Source of the DNA: an uncultured cyanobacterium
Lineage (GTDB): Bacteria; Cyanobacteriota; Cyanobacteriia; PCC-9006; JAAUQQ01
Reading direction: 5' to 3'
DNA: 64,000 nucleotides
NCBI GenBank assembly: GCA_963718615.1
Contig: OY970368.1
Coordinates: 672,001 to 736,000 of the forward strand
Shown here: positions 30,690 to 41,151 of the stretch, in pieces
Numbering within the stretch: position 1 is the first letter of the stretch
How the letters are laid out: the number at the start of each line of letters is the position of its first letter
The notes under the pieces: generated by a model
Database searches by the model: none
Seen by the model: the letters and a program-made list of their open reading frames with translations, nothing else
Told to the model about the DNA's origin: nothing
Program-made: the position numbers and the translations under genes

Positions 30690-31187
30690 GACCAGTTCTG
30701 GCAGCCACTGCTGCGTGAATTCGGTGAAGACGACAAAGCCCTGAGCTGGCGGTTCAAACAGCAGCTCGCAGAGCGCCAACCCAACTGGGAATGCTACGCG
30801 ATCGAATACGAAGACCTAACCCAGGGCCTCATCTTGCTCGAAACCCAGTTCCATGGTTCCCAGTTTAATTGGGGGCAAAAGCTGGTCTACGTCGAAACCA
30901 TCATGACAGCACCTTGGAACCGACCTCGGATTCAGCGCCCGCCAGAATTTAAGGGCATCGGGAGACAGATGATGCAGTTTGCCCAACAGCGGAGCTTGGC
31001 CTTGGGCTATCAGGGACGGGTGGGATTACTGTCGTTGCCTGACGCAGTGGGGTTTTATGAACGGATCGGCATGACCCGTCTGGAGCTAGATCCTGAAGAT
31101 ATAGTAGATGCAGAGGAAAACTTACCCTATTTTGAATACAGAGCCCTGCGCCAATCTGAGGATCGCGACCATGACCCCGAGCCTTAA
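30591..31187 (+). CDS. GNAT-family acetyltransferase
   Basis: VYVETIMTAPWNR..FKGIGRQMM..SLPDAVGFYERIGM. Confidence 0.85.
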   Translation: MSRIQTVELKEGQTGNIVAADLASLTAKHVEDYDQFWQPLLREFGEDDKALSWRFKQQLAERQPNWECYAIEYEDLTQGLILLETQFHGSQFNWGQKLVYVETIMTAPWNRPRIQRPPEFKGIGRQMMQFAQQRSLALGYQGRVGLLSLPDAVGFYERIGMTRLELDPEDIVDAEENLPYFEYRALRQSEDRDHDPEP

Positions 31188-31692
31188 CCACACCTATCCA
31201 ACACCTGGGGAGCTGTCCGCCGAGGAATGGCAGCAACTGACCCAAGATTCTGCATGGCAGGCTGCTGTGGATGAGGCAGAGCAAGCGGCTGGTGGTGTCC
31301 TGGCGAATGGTTTCCAACAGCGGGGTTGGATGAAGACTTGGCCGGAGCTGCCAACCTATTCTCACTATATGCAGGTGCGATCGCTCGTCCTCCGGGGCTT
31401 CGATGCCATCCTGCGCGAAGGTAACCTCGGCGTCGGCTACCAGGCTGCTTCGGGCTGCGGCAAAACCTTGGTGTATGAGCGCTTTTTTGAACCTGGCGAA
31501 GCGGTCAAAGCGCGTCTTTTAGCCCTCCTAGAAGGTGAACTGCTGGGTCCACCGCCCGAGATGACACCGGAACGGTTGGCGGGGGTGCGGTCAGTCTTAC
31601 AGGAAGTGCTCACCGCAGAGGATTGGGAAAAGATTGCCCAGGCTGCGGCCCAGCAGGTGCAGCAGCAAGTGATGGATTTGCGGGTTGCGTAG
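31171..31692 (+). CDS. Hypothetical protein coupled to the GNAT gene
   Basis: ATG at 31171 overlaps the GNAT 3' end. Confidence 0.7.
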   Translation: MTPSLNHTYPTPGELSAEEWQQLTQDSAWQAAVDEAEQAAGGVLANGFQQRGWMKTWPELPTYSHYMQVRSLVLRGFDAILREGNLGVGYQAASGCGKTLVYERFFEPGEAVKARLLALLEGELLGPPPEMTPERLAGVRSVLQEVLTAEDWEKIAQAAAQQVQQQVMDLRVA

Positions 31693-31729
31693 CTCCCTGC
31701 ACCTAGCCCATCGCTACCGGCTCCCACGT

Positions 31730-31870
31730 ATCACGCGATAATCTGGATGCGGTAACGCTTGGGGTGAACCGTTGAGCAGGATTCAGACCGTTGAACTGAA
31801 AGAAGGTCAGACCGGCAATATCGTGGTTGCGGATTTGGTGATCCTCACGGCCAAACACGTCGAAGACTAC
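31730..31870 (+). repeat. Direct repeat copy 2; truncated GNAT 5' fragment
   Basis: Encodes MSRIQTVELKEGQTGNIVVADLVILTAKHVEDY, then similarity ends. Confidence 0.92.
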
Positions 31871-31900
31871 CACGGAGCCTACGGGGGTTGGGTTTCTGGG

Positions 31901-32494
31901 CTAGTTGGCCACCTCAGCCATCTCAATAATGCGTCCCTCGTAGTCTTTTACCAAAAAGTTCAGCGGCTTTTCCCTGCGGATTTTGTACTTCAGCCCCCGC
32001 GTCTGCACCCGCATCAGCAGCGCATCAAGACAATCGCGATCAAAACAAACATGGCGCTGGCGATTCTTTTCACCGATGCTTGCCCCGCTAATGACATGGA
32101 GCTGTGTATTTTTCCGCAGCTGATACCACAGCCCCTCAGAAGGCTGACCCGCCGCCTGGGCATAGCGAGACCCACTCGTCATCGAACTCGCCGACATATA
32201 GAGCGGATCTAAACTCCCTGCCCCTAGGGTCTGCTCATAGTTGTAGTAATAATGTAGCGGTACCTCCGCCGCAGGCAGATTCAACATCCCTTCATAGAGA
32301 TCTCGGGCAACATTCAAATCCGACACCATCACCGTGTGCACCTTCGGCGCACTGCTCAGGAACATCCACATCGCCCCTGCATAAGCTAGCAAAAGCACCA
32401 CCATAATGCCCTGGGTCGAGAGCAAACTATCTAGGGCGGGCAGTAGGGACGCTAGGAACGAGGGGGGGATCATTGGACTCAGGATACTGAACAT
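31901..32494 (-). CDS. Membrane-anchored VOC/glyoxalase-like protein
   Basis: VHTVMVSDL..RHVCFD..FLVKDYEGRIIEMAE. Confidence 0.8.
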   Translation of the reverse strand: MFSILSPMIPPSFLASLLPALDSLLSTQGIMVVLLLAYAGAMWMFLSSAPKVHTVMVSDLNVARDLYEGMLNLPAAEVPLHYYYNYEQTLGAGSLDPLYMSASSMTSGSRYAQAAGQPSEGLWYQLRKNTQLHVISGASIGEKNRQRHVCFDRDCLDALLMRVQTRGLKYKIRREKPLNFLVKDYEGRIIEMAEVAN

Positions 32495-32749
32495 AGACTC
32501 CCGATTTGATATAGATAGGTTCTATAAAATACCGAATATCAACTATATTAGCGAACCCATTCCCCCACTTCGGCGGGTTGAGGGGTCGGTTTACCGACAA
32601 AGAGATGACTGCCAGCGGACCCGTGAGACTATTTTAACGAGCATTAAGCGATCATCAAGGGAATTATAGAGACAGGTCAGGGGCAACTCGGTGCAGCTTG
32701 ATGCGGCACCCAATCAATCACCTCCCATGGACTCAAAAGGGGTTCCCTG

Positions 32750-33133
32750 ATGAACGACGATCGCAATCAACTCATTTTAGACCAGCTCCAACGCCAGACG
32801 GAACTACTTGAACGTCTAATCACCCTTGTAGAACAACGACCTATCCCGGCCCCCAACTACGAGGCCAGTTTAGCCACGTTTGATCGATTTGACTGGCAAA
32901 GCATTGGCGCAGCCGTAGAAGAGGACGACGAAGACGGGGTCGCCGTGGTGCGGTGGCGTGGCCATCGCTACCGCCGCCGCAGTGCCGACAACAAATTTGC
33001 CCCTGCCATTTGGTTTAGTCGATCACTGGGTAAAGACGAAGCCGGTAATAACCGCTATGAGCGTCTGATTACGTTCAAGACCCTGGCTGAAACAGAGCCC
33101 CTACCGCAGAAAGTCAAGCAAGAGGCGGCTTAG
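32750..33133 (+). CDS. Conserved cyanobacterial protein, putative ssDNA-binding
   Basis: FDWQSIGA..RRS..NKF..AIWFSR..YERLITFK; family recognised from memory, function tentative. Confidence 0.6.
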   Translation: MNDDRNQLILDQLQRQTELLERLITLVEQRPIPAPNYEASLATFDRFDWQSIGAAVEEDDEDGVAVVRWRGHRYRRRSADNKFAPAIWFSRSLGKDEAGNNRYERLITFKTLAETEPLPQKVKQEAA

Positions 33134-33151
33134 GACCGAGCCGACAAAAAC

Positions 33152-33203
33152 AAAAAATCCCCAGCCTTGGCCGAGGATTAAGAGTCAGGGTGCATCTACC
33201 ACT
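33152..33203 (-). ncRNA. nsiR1: NsiR1-like small RNA (single copy)
   Basis: Minus strand TGGTAGATGCACCCTGA..AATCCTCGGCCAAGGCTGGGGATTTTTT: NsiR1-type 5' motif (recalled) plus terminator hairpin. Confidence 0.65.
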
Positions 33204-33235
33204 TATTACTACTAGGCGGGATGGACCCAGCCGGA
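33204..33235 (-). promoter_or_regulatory. DIF1-like promoter (TCCGGC near -35)
   Basis: TCCGGC (one mismatch to TCCGGA) at 33235-33230, ~30 nt upstream of the sRNA motif. Confidence 0.5.
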
Positions 33236-33311
33236 CAAAATTAGAAAATTCTGAGGTGGCTTCTGAGGCAGCTTAGGTGATTGATATTGCTCAGTGCTGT
33301 CGCGTTTTCCC

Positions 33312-36300
33312 CTAGAACCGAGCTTCATATTCTACCAGCGCCCGATTTTCCCCTTGGAGATCCGTTGTCCCCCGCAGCGTCAGGTTGTCATTGAGCTGAT
33401 ACCGCAGACTAAACTGCGCGGGTAAATCCACCGTCAGCAGCTTTAGGGCCGAGAATGAGACGCTGTTGGTGATGTTGATTCCGATCTCTCCGCCCAGGGC
33501 GAATACCGATTTTTGCTTATCGTCCCCATTGGCCACTTGGTTGCGTTGTTTTTGAGAATCGACGATAGCTGGGAAAAGGCGTACTTCCACCGGCCCGCTG
33601 AGGGCATTGTTAATGGCAGCCTGTAGATTACCTAACAACGCCGAACCGGCTAAATTGGCCAGCGCCAATGTACTATCTCCTCCTCGACCCAGCGTATCCA
33701 CAAAGCCCCCGCCAATGAGTGACACAATTTCGCTCTGGGTACGGGCAGGACTGCTGCTCAAGGTAATATTGTCGAGGAGACTGCTGGCTGAGCCATTCAC
33801 CTGAGCCCTCACCCGCACCGTTTGCAAACTGCCAAAGTCACCGGGCTCAATTTCGTCGCTGATTTCCGAGGTGGAGGTGTTGTCAAACAGACTGCGACGG
33901 CGAGAGACTTCGGTTACCGCCGCGACGAGCTGTAGCTGTAGCTCCGGATCTAGCCCCTGATCGGGGTCAAAAATAGCGACATTGCGGGCTCGACGGGCAA
34001 GGGTGAACCGAGTGGTAAATAGATTGACTTGCCCTTTGGTGAGCAAGATTGCCCCTTCCAATCGAGGATTGGTGAGGTCCCCAGTGAGTCCTAAATCGCC
34101 CTCGGCAAAAAAGCTAAAGACCGGTTCTGCGGCAACCCGTACATTTTGTCCTAACACGAGTTGGAGCCCATTAAAGCTTGGAACTCGAATGGGAATTTCA
34201 CCGCTGCCGATTTGAATGCCGTCTGTGGGGGCAACCGAGTCAAACTCCTGGGCCGCAGCGACGCTCGGATCCGGCAGGAGGACTTGACCATCGGTCAAAA
34301 GAATTTGTCCCGCTAAATCTGGACTGAGGACCGACCCATTGATCTGGACATCACCACTGGCTCCGCCTCGATAGAGACCGCGCAAATTGAGCGCTAACTC
34401 TCTAAAGTTGACCTTGAGCGGGTCGTTGGTTTGGATATCCGATCGCGCAATGGGAATCGTTCCCTCTGCCTGAACTTTGCCGTTGCTAAAATCCGCCTGC
34501 AATCCATCTACCCGCACCCGGTCTTGATTGAACCGAACTAAGCCCGTGACCCCCGTCAGTAATTCGTCCGGTAAAAATTGGGCCGCTAAAACCGCATCTT
34601 CAAATCGCGCGCTGCCCGTGGCGATCGGCTCTGAGAGGGTCCCTGCAACCTGCATTTGGATTTCGCCTTGGCCCTGGAGCCAGCGCACTTGGTCACGGGT
34701 GAGTAAATTGAGAAACGCTAAACCCTCATTTTTGACATCTAGCGTCAGGGCCAACTGGTCACTATCCGGCTGAACCTGACTGAAAGGCAGGGCATAGGGA
34801 ATACTCCCTGAGATTCTGACAGGCTCACGTTCTGCGGCTGTGGTCGGAGGGCTGGGAGGTGTTCCGGAGGCCACCGGGGAGTTGATCTGAGGATCGAGCG
34901 AGGGATCGAGCGGATCGTCGACAAAACTCAGCGCCCCTCTAAAGCTCAGCCTCGCATTGACATAGTTAAACCCGGCCTGCTGGGTCTCGATGCGAGTGCC
35001 GTTGAGTTTGCCATTGGTGAGGTTGAGACTGCCCACGGCCTGGGGATTGTCCGCACTTCCCGATACAGTAGCAGATAGGTCCATTTCACCATCCAAATCC
35101 ACCGGTAAATCAATAAAATTACGAGCCAGGGACAGCGGGACCTGACTGGCGCGCAGTTGGCCGGACTGGCGATCGCCCCCCAACTGACCACTAAAGGCGA
35201 TCGCCGCATCGCCATCCGTCACCCGCACGGGCAACAGCGTCAACACGCCATCGGCAAACTCCCCCTCCGCCTGGACACTATCAATGTCGTATTGTCCCCA
35301 GGCCCAGTCCTGTCCTTGGATTTTGAAGGTTGACTGGATACCACTTTGGAGCGAACCCGAGGCTTCGACCCGCCCTCCAAATTGCCCTTGCAACGCCACC
35401 AGAGAGGGAATTCGCGCTTCATTCCGCTGCTGGGCCTTTTCCTGGGCCACGAGCTGTTCGATTTCGGCAAAGCGGCGCAGTTGGTTGAGCAATGAAGCCT
35501 GGGATAAACCGACGCTGTTGACGGATAGGTCTGCACCTTTGGCATAGGTCGGAGCGATTAATCCTTGGGCCACATCCCCAAACTCAAACCACTGGACCAT
35601 GCGCAACAGTCCCTGGATATCACCGTTGTCGATGGCGATCGCCAAATCAAACTTCGGATCCTTTCCCAGAACGACCTCCCCCTTTTCCACCCGATAGCGG
35701 GTTTGCACAGGCTCTAAACAGCGATCGCCCTGCTGTTGCTTACACAAATCCTGGGTCAGCGCCGCATTTTCCAGCCGCGCCACGTTATTGGCCAAGGAAA
35801 AGTCCCCCGAAAAGGCTGTGCCCTTGAGCGTCCCCAGGGCAGGATTGGTGATCCGCAGATTGCCCCGAGCAGTCAGGGGATTGAGCTGCACCGTGGCATT
35901 GCCAGAGGCAACGCCCTGGAGCGCCACATCCCCTAGGCCCAGGGACGGACGCAGATTGAATGCCGCTAAGGAAAATTCGTCAAGTTTAATCGCATATTGA
36001 TCGTCCCCGGTGCGATTGCCTCGGGCGATCGCCTCTCCCTGTTGCACCAGAAAGCTGCGAGGTTGGAACTGACTGTCGAGATCGAGATTAATGCGATCGC
36101 GATCGCCCGCCACATTCAACACCACCCCCTCAGGGGCATAGCTGATGCGACCATCGAGACTCGACTCAAAGGGCAAATTATTGACCCGAAACTCCCGCAG
36201 GGCCAAGGTTCCCTGGGCACGCAGCGCCTCCAGAGGCCCCTGCACCCTGCCCTCAAAGTTGGCGAATCCCCCCAGATCCAGGGCGACGGGCAAATTGCCC

Positions 36301-38357
36301 GCCGAGGCAAAAGGGAGGGATTGCACATCGAACCCCCGTGCGCTAACCGCTAAATTCAGCCCTGTAACCGTAGGGGTATCGGCGACCGCAGCTTGGACAA
36401 TACCACTCGCCTCTAACCCTGGTGCGGTTGCGCTAGCAACGATAATTTGACTGCGGGCTCCGTCCCAGCGAAAGTTAGCGGTGAGCGGGTCACTCACCAA
36501 GGCGATGCCCTGGGAAAACGTCACCAACCCCTTCGCCTCTAGCCGATTGAGATTAAACCCCTGGACTGGCCCCGAGAGCAGGACATCCCCATTTAAGCTA
36601 CCCCGCAGTTGCTCAGAAAACTGGGTTAGCTGGAGCCCAGAGAGATTGGCCGTCCCGGAGAAGCGATCGCCCGTCCAAGACCCCTGACCGCGAACCGTGC
36701 CTTCCGCAACCCGGAGCAGCAAGTCCTGAACCTGGAGCGTACCCTTCTCCAAAACCGCCTTTCCCCGAGCCGGATAGGTGGATTCGAGGGCCTGAAACTG
36801 AATTGTCGTACGCGGCTGCTCCAGGGGGCCAAACACCCGAGCCTGGGCCGTAATCGGGCCAATGGCAAAGGGCAAACTGCCGGTGCTGTAAAGCTGCACC
36901 AGGTCGTCTCCCTGGAGTCCCGTGGCGTTGGTGTCGATCGCAATCCCACCGCTGGGGCCGGTGATCACTTGGCCGCTACCTGTGATTAGTCCTCCGGAGC
37001 TGGGTTCAGCCCGGATTTCGCTGAGGCTGAGGGTCGAGCCCTGCCACTGAAACCGGCTGGAAGCCGCCGCAAACGGCACTTTATCCACTGTCAGCGTCCG
37101 CAAATTTTTGACCTTACCGGTGATGATCGGTCGTTCCGGTTGGCCCGTGACCTTGAGATCCTCGGCGATCGCCATCCCCGCCACCGTCACCGGTAGCTTC
37201 ACCTGAAACAGATCCAGAACCTTTGGGGCTTCCACGGGTTTCACCTGAGCCGTGAGGTTTAGCCCATTTTCCAGATGGATCAGCCCCTGGGCTTGCAATT
37301 CTAGCGGCCCATAATTGCCCGTGGAACTGAGCAGTTGAATCGCCTGGTTTTTGATCGTGAGCTTGCCCTGGGCATTCTTGACCGGCTGGGGCAATTGCGG
37401 AACCTTGGCAATCACTTGATTAAAATCGATCGTCCCCGCAATTTCGACCGGCTGATTCGGCACATAGCCAATCTTGAGATCCGCATCCACGCGACCTTGG
37501 TCAAACGTGACCTCCGGAAACTGCACCGTTTTGTCCAGCAGGCGCTTCACATCGCTGAGCAGGAGATTTTTGCCCTGAATATCGAAGTTGAGCCGAGGTC
37601 CTGGCGAAGGCGATTTAGCCGATTGGGGTAAATCAGTGGAAGCGTTTGGAGCAGAAGCGTTTGGGGATGGAGCTGGAATTTTAGATTCTCCCTCCGTGCG
37701 CAGCCGTCCGGCCTGACCCACGACTTGGCCATCTGCCTCAAACTTGAGCAGCTTGCCGTCCTCGCGAACCTTCAAAACCCCTTGGACATCATCGAGGGCG
37801 ATCGCCTCCCCTGGATTAGCGCCCTGCGCCCCATAGGGCACCGCTATCACCTTACCCCGCCGCAGCTTGAGCTCATCCAGCTTAATTTGCAGGGGTCCAT
37901 TACCTGGCTCTAGGTTGAGCTGGGTCGCCACCCATTCACCGCTTTGATCCTGTTCAAGATAGAGATCCGGCTCCACCAAGGTCACATCCAGATCGAGCCG
38001 TCCCCCCGTCTGCAACAGTTGCAGCGGATTAAACCCTACCTCGACCTGACGGGTTTCCGCCGTGTCGAGCTCGGTGGGGGTGGCGGGTAGACGCGATCGC
38101 CCGAACGTTATCCCAAAGGGTGTAATCCGCTCGATTTCACCGATTTCAACGGGGCGGTCCAGAATCTTCCCCAGTTGGGTCTCAACCTGGGGCGTTAGAT
38201 CCGTTTGGACATAGCGCCAAAGCCACCAGAGGCCCGCACCACCGGCCCCCGCTAGCAGCACCCCCAACACTAAAAGGGTACGTATCAAGCTCCCCAGACA
38301 GGAACGACGATGCCCTTTAACCGTCGGGGTGGAATTGTCTCCCGGAGTCTGGGTCAT
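33312..38357 (-). CDS. TamB/DUF490 translocation and assembly module protein
   Basis: 1681 aa; N-terminal TM, repetitive beta-rich body, C-terminal LSSSPARTQSEIVSLIGG..EYEARF. Confidence 0.88.
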   Translation of the reverse strand: MTQTPGDNSTPTVKGHRRSCLGSLIRTLLVLGVLLAGAGGAGLWWLWRYVQTDLTPQVETQLGKILDRPVEIGEIERITPFGITFGRSRLPATPTELDTAETRQVEVGFNPLQLLQTGGRLDLDVTLVEPDLYLEQDQSGEWVATQLNLEPGNGPLQIKLDELKLRRGKVIAVPYGAQGANPGEAIALDDVQGVLKVREDGKLLKFEADGQVVGQAGRLRTEGESKIPAPSPNASAPNASTDLPQSAKSPSPGPRLNFDIQGKNLLLSDVKRLLDKTVQFPEVTFDQGRVDADLKIGYVPNQPVEIAGTIDFNQVIAKVPQLPQPVKNAQGKLTIKNQAIQLLSSTGNYGPLELQAQGLIHLENGLNLTAQVKPVEAPKVLDLFQVKLPVTVAGMAIAEDLKVTGQPERPIITGKVKNLRTLTVDKVPFAAASSRFQWQGSTLSLSEIRAEPSSGGLITGSGQVITGPSGGIAIDTNATGLQGDDLVQLYSTGSLPFAIGPITAQARVFGPLEQPRTTIQFQALESTYPARGKAVLEKGTLQVQDLLLRVAEGTVRGQGSWTGDRFSGTANLSGLQLTQFSEQLRGSLNGDVLLSGPVQGFNLNRLEAKGLVTFSQGIALVSDPLTANFRWDGARSQIIVASATAPGLEASGIVQAAVADTPTVTGLNLAVSARGFDVQSLPFASAGNLPVALDLGGFANFEGRVQGPLEALRAQGTLALREFRVNNLPFESSLDGRISYAPEGVVLNVAGDRDRINLDLDSQFQPRSFLVQQGEAIARGNRTGDDQYAIKLDEFSLAAFNLRPSLGLGDVALQGVASGNATVQLNPLTARGNLRITNPALGTLKGTAFSGDFSLANNVARLENAALTQDLCKQQQGDRCLEPVQTRYRVEKGEVVLGKDPKFDLAIAIDNGDIQGLLRMVQWFEFGDVAQGLIAPTYAKGADLSVNSVGLSQASLLNQLRRFAEIEQLVAQEKAQQRNEARIPSLVALQGQFGGRVEASGSLQSGIQSTFKIQGQDWAWGQYDIDSVQAEGEFADGVLTLLPVRVTDGDAAIAFSGQLGGDRQSGQLRASQVPLSLARNFIDLPVDLDGEMDLSATVSGSADNPQAVGSLNLTNGKLNGTRIETQQAGFNYVNARLSFRGALSFVDDPLDPSLDPQINSPVASGTPPSPPTTAAEREPVRISGSIPYALPFSQVQPDSDQLALTLDVKNEGLAFLNLLTRDQVRWLQGQGEIQMQVAGTLSEPIATGSARFEDAVLAAQFLPDELLTGVTGLVRFNQDRVRVDGLQADFSNGKVQAEGTIPIARSDIQTNDPLKVNFRELALNLRGLYRGGASGDVQINGSVLSPDLAGQILLTDGQVLLPDPSVAAAQEFDSVAPTDGIQIGSGEIPIRVPSFNGLQLVLGQNVRVAAEPVFSFFAEGDLGLTGDLTNPRLEGAILLTKGQVNLFTTRFTLARRARNVAIFDPDQGLDPELQLQLVAAVTEVSRRRSLFDNTSTSEISDEIEPGDFGSLQTVRVRAQVNGSASSLLDNITLSSSPARTQSEIVSLIGGGFVDTLGRGGDSTLALANLAGSALLGNLQAAINNALSGPVEVRLFPAIVDSQKQRNQVANGDDKQKSVFALGGEIGINITNSVSFSALKLLTVDLPAQFSLRYQLNDNLTLRGTTDLQGENRALVEYEARF

Positions 38358-38479
38358 TCAAGCCTCTCTAAACCAGCAATTTTAAGATGATACCCATTTT
38401 TTATTTAGGCACGTACTAATGCCGGTGTCACGAGGGCTTGGAGCCAAAACGATGCCGAAATGACGACATAGCAAGGTTT

Positions 38480-39466
38480 TTAGGAAGACAGGTCTCGATG
38501 GGCAACGCACATCAGGGAGAGGGCGGCGGCGGACGTATCCGGATCTAGACCCGATAGCCTTTGACTGAGACGCGTTTTGAAGGGCGATCGCCCCAAGTCT
38601 CCCAAAAAGATCTCGGACCCGACGTCAGGGTTATGGGGATAAAGATGCACTGAAAAGCCCAAAGGTTCCAGTACCTTTCGATAGAGATCGGGCTCTAAGC
38701 CAACCCCTGGCTGGCGATTATGACGTTCTGTCGCGAGCTGCCAGATCCGCTCATCTGGGTTTTCGTCTTCAAACAACCAATCCGGAAGCTGCCACTGCTG
38801 GAGCCAGAGCCCCCACCCCTCTAGGGTCCAGGCACTGCGCTGAGGATCAAGGTCAGTGATGAGAATGCCGCCAGACTTCACCAACCGACCCGCTTCCGCC
38901 AGGACCCGCGCCATATCGTCACAGTGGTGCAGGAGCGCATTGGCCACCACCACATCGGCACAGCCATCCGCCAGCGGCAAGTGGTGGGCATCGGCCAGAA
39001 TGGGCAAATAGCCCTGTTGTTGGGCATGGCGCAACGCGCCATAGCTAATATCAACCCCCATCAGCGCCGCCGGTTGTCCCCCCAGGGTGGCAAAGAGATT
39101 ACCAGGGCCACAGCCCAGATCCACCACAATTTTTTGATCCCAGCCCTGGGCAAGATCTAGACGATGGAGAGCATGTTGCCAGCGATCGCGAAATCCCCTC
39201 CCCCGATGAGCCTCTGCCAAATATTTCTTCGCCCAGCGGGGATGGCCAAAAAAATAGGCATTGGCCAACATACTCTGGCTATAGACCGGCAGTGGCGCAA
39301 GGGCAATCCCATTCGCGTCCCATCTCACGGTTAGTTCAGGCTGGAGATAGGTCTGGAGGCGCTCGGCTTGGGTTGTCCGGGTATCAACAAAGGCAAAGGG
39401 ATGCATCAACAGGCTCCGGGTTGAGCGAGAGAACAGCACAACGAAACAATCACCGGACCCCCTCAC
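38480..39466 (-). CDS. Class I SAM-dependent methyltransferase (start may be 39406)
   Basis: VVDLGCGPG, GVDIS, ADAHHLP, LHH. Confidence 0.88.
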   Translation of the reverse strand: MRGSGDCFVVLFSRSTRSLLMHPFAFVDTRTTQAERLQTYLQPELTVRWDANGIALAPLPVYSQSMLANAYFFGHPRWAKKYLAEAHRGRGFRDRWQHALHRLDLAQGWDQKIVVDLGCGPGNLFATLGGQPAALMGVDISYGALRHAQQQGYLPILADAHHLPLADGCADVVVANALLHHCDDMARVLAEAGRLVKSGGILITDLDPQRSAWTLEGWGLWLQQWQLPDWLFEDENPDERIWQLATERHNRQPGVGLEPDLYRKVLEPLGFSVHLYPHNPDVGSEIFLGDLGRSPFKTRLSQRLSGLDPDTSAAALSLMCVAHRDLSS

Positions 39467-39537
39467 GAGAACCGGGGTAGAGACCTGATGGCCTTAGGCT
39501 TCCCCAATCCCACCCAAAGGCGACATCCCCCCTTCCC

Positions 39538-40713
39538 TCAACTCGACCAAGGCGTCTGACGACCCAGATTTTGATTCAGCGCCACCCAATATTCCATATT
39601 GCGCAAAATCGATTGCCACACCCCATACCCCCGTGGATTCAGATGAATGCCATCCGTCGTCAGATCCGCAAACATCGCACCTTTGGCATCTGTAAACTGA
39701 CTATGGAGGTCTAAATAGGTGACCTTTTCCTCCCGGCTGATTTGGGCAAGCTGGGTGTTAATCCGGCGGATGCGATCGTTATCAATCTTGGGCGTGGCGG
39801 TGGGCAAAATCGACTGGACAAAAATTTCAGCCTTGGGATGGTTTTGGCGCAGTTGCCGCATGATTTGCCGCAGATTTGCTGTAATCTCATCATCGCCATA
39901 GCCATTTTTCAAATCATTCACCCCCGCCATGACATAAATACTCTGGGGACGGGTATTTTTGAACGCCGAGAGTCGCTGCAAAATGCCTCGGGTCGTATCG
40001 CCGGAAATGCCTTGGTTCATCCAAAGCTGAGCGCGGGAGAGATCCTGCATCGGCAACCATTGACTAATCGAATCTCCCACCACAATGCTGAGGCGATTGC
40101 TGCCCTGTCCGCCCCCTACGGCCTTGGCCTCTAAGGCTAGCAGGCTTTTCCACTGGTTATAGTCCGGGTGAGCCGTGACATGAGTCCAAGCAGTGCGAAA
40201 GCTATCGGCGGGCAGCCGGGTGTAGAGATGGCCTGCCTTGAGCGCGGCAAGACGTTGATAGTAAAGCTGTGGCCCGGATCGGGGTCCATTAGCACTGGGC
40301 TGACTGGTGCTGAAATTGGGGGTGGTTTGCCAATAAAAGGGATCGCTGAGACGAGAAAGGGGTTGGCTCGTCGCTGTAGCGCGGGCGACGGTGCTGACAC
40401 GCCCCTTTGCCAATTTGGATAACTTCGAATCGGCAACCTTGGCACGGGTCTGGCATTGGGACTCATCCTCAGCCATGCCCCGCCCAGGGCTAAATTCAGC
40501 GGCGGCAAAACTGTGGGAAACCTCGACCGTTTGAGCAAACGCCGGGGAGCTAAAGAGTCCCCAGGAGGGGCGATGGGCGGTGGGTTGATAGGGATGATGC
40601 TTGGCTTGGGGGCTCAGACGATCTAGGGCGATCGGTTCGGGCTCAATGGAAACCGGATGATCTGCCGCCTGCATTTTGGCCACCATGGCGGCAACCAGGC
40701 AAAGTTCGCTCAT
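39538..40713 (-). CDS. SGNH/GDSL hydrolase
   Basis: GDSI, NQGISGD, GVND, DGIH. Confidence 0.9.
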   Translation of the reverse strand: MSELCLVAAMVAKMQAADHPVSIEPEPIALDRLSPQAKHHPYQPTAHRPSWGLFSSPAFAQTVEVSHSFAAAEFSPGRGMAEDESQCQTRAKVADSKLSKLAKGRVSTVARATATSQPLSRLSDPFYWQTTPNFSTSQPSANGPRSGPQLYYQRLAALKAGHLYTRLPADSFRTAWTHVTAHPDYNQWKSLLALEAKAVGGGQGSNRLSIVVGDSISQWLPMQDLSRAQLWMNQGISGDTTRGILQRLSAFKNTRPQSIYVMAGVNDLKNGYGDDEITANLRQIMRQLRQNHPKAEIFVQSILPTATPKIDNDRIRRINTQLAQISREEKVTYLDLHSQFTDAKGAMFADLTTDGIHLNPRGYGVWQSILRNMEYWVALNQNLGRQTPWSS

Positions 40714-41151
40714 TGATCTTTGAGAAGTAGCGAATGGAATCTGTTCTACTTCTCGCTATCTAGAGCATGACATCAGGAAAGTCTGAAAAAGGGCGGGTGA
40801 GGGGACGCCGCCGTTGAGGTGTTTTCCTGTCATCTTTATTACGTTCCTAGGTTTAGAATTTCCCGCTGCTGGACTGGAGTTGCGCGCTTCATCCAAGGCT
40901 CAAGAAATCTTTGCCTCAGCCTTATGGTTGGGTGGGCTGGGGCTGCCGGTATTTTCGTTGCCGCATTCTTTGCCGCAACCGCAGATAACCCCAGGGAATA
41001 CCGGTCCCTCAACAAAATCTCAGCGAATCATTCCGATCCTTTCAGATCTCGCTCATCGTCTTCTCAGCTCTCTCCCCGATAGTCATACTCAACAACCGAG
41101 GCGGTCAGTCCAAGGAATAACCGCCCGTCACACAATCCCGGAGTCACAGCT

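Noticed and set aside
30549-31870. Integron attC cassette array
   Set aside because: The repeat includes coding sequence, shows no attC-like palindrome, and no integrase is in the window
31772-32212. 146-aa ORF as a second GNAT gene
   Set aside because: Only the first 33 codons match; the rest is antisense to the VOC gene
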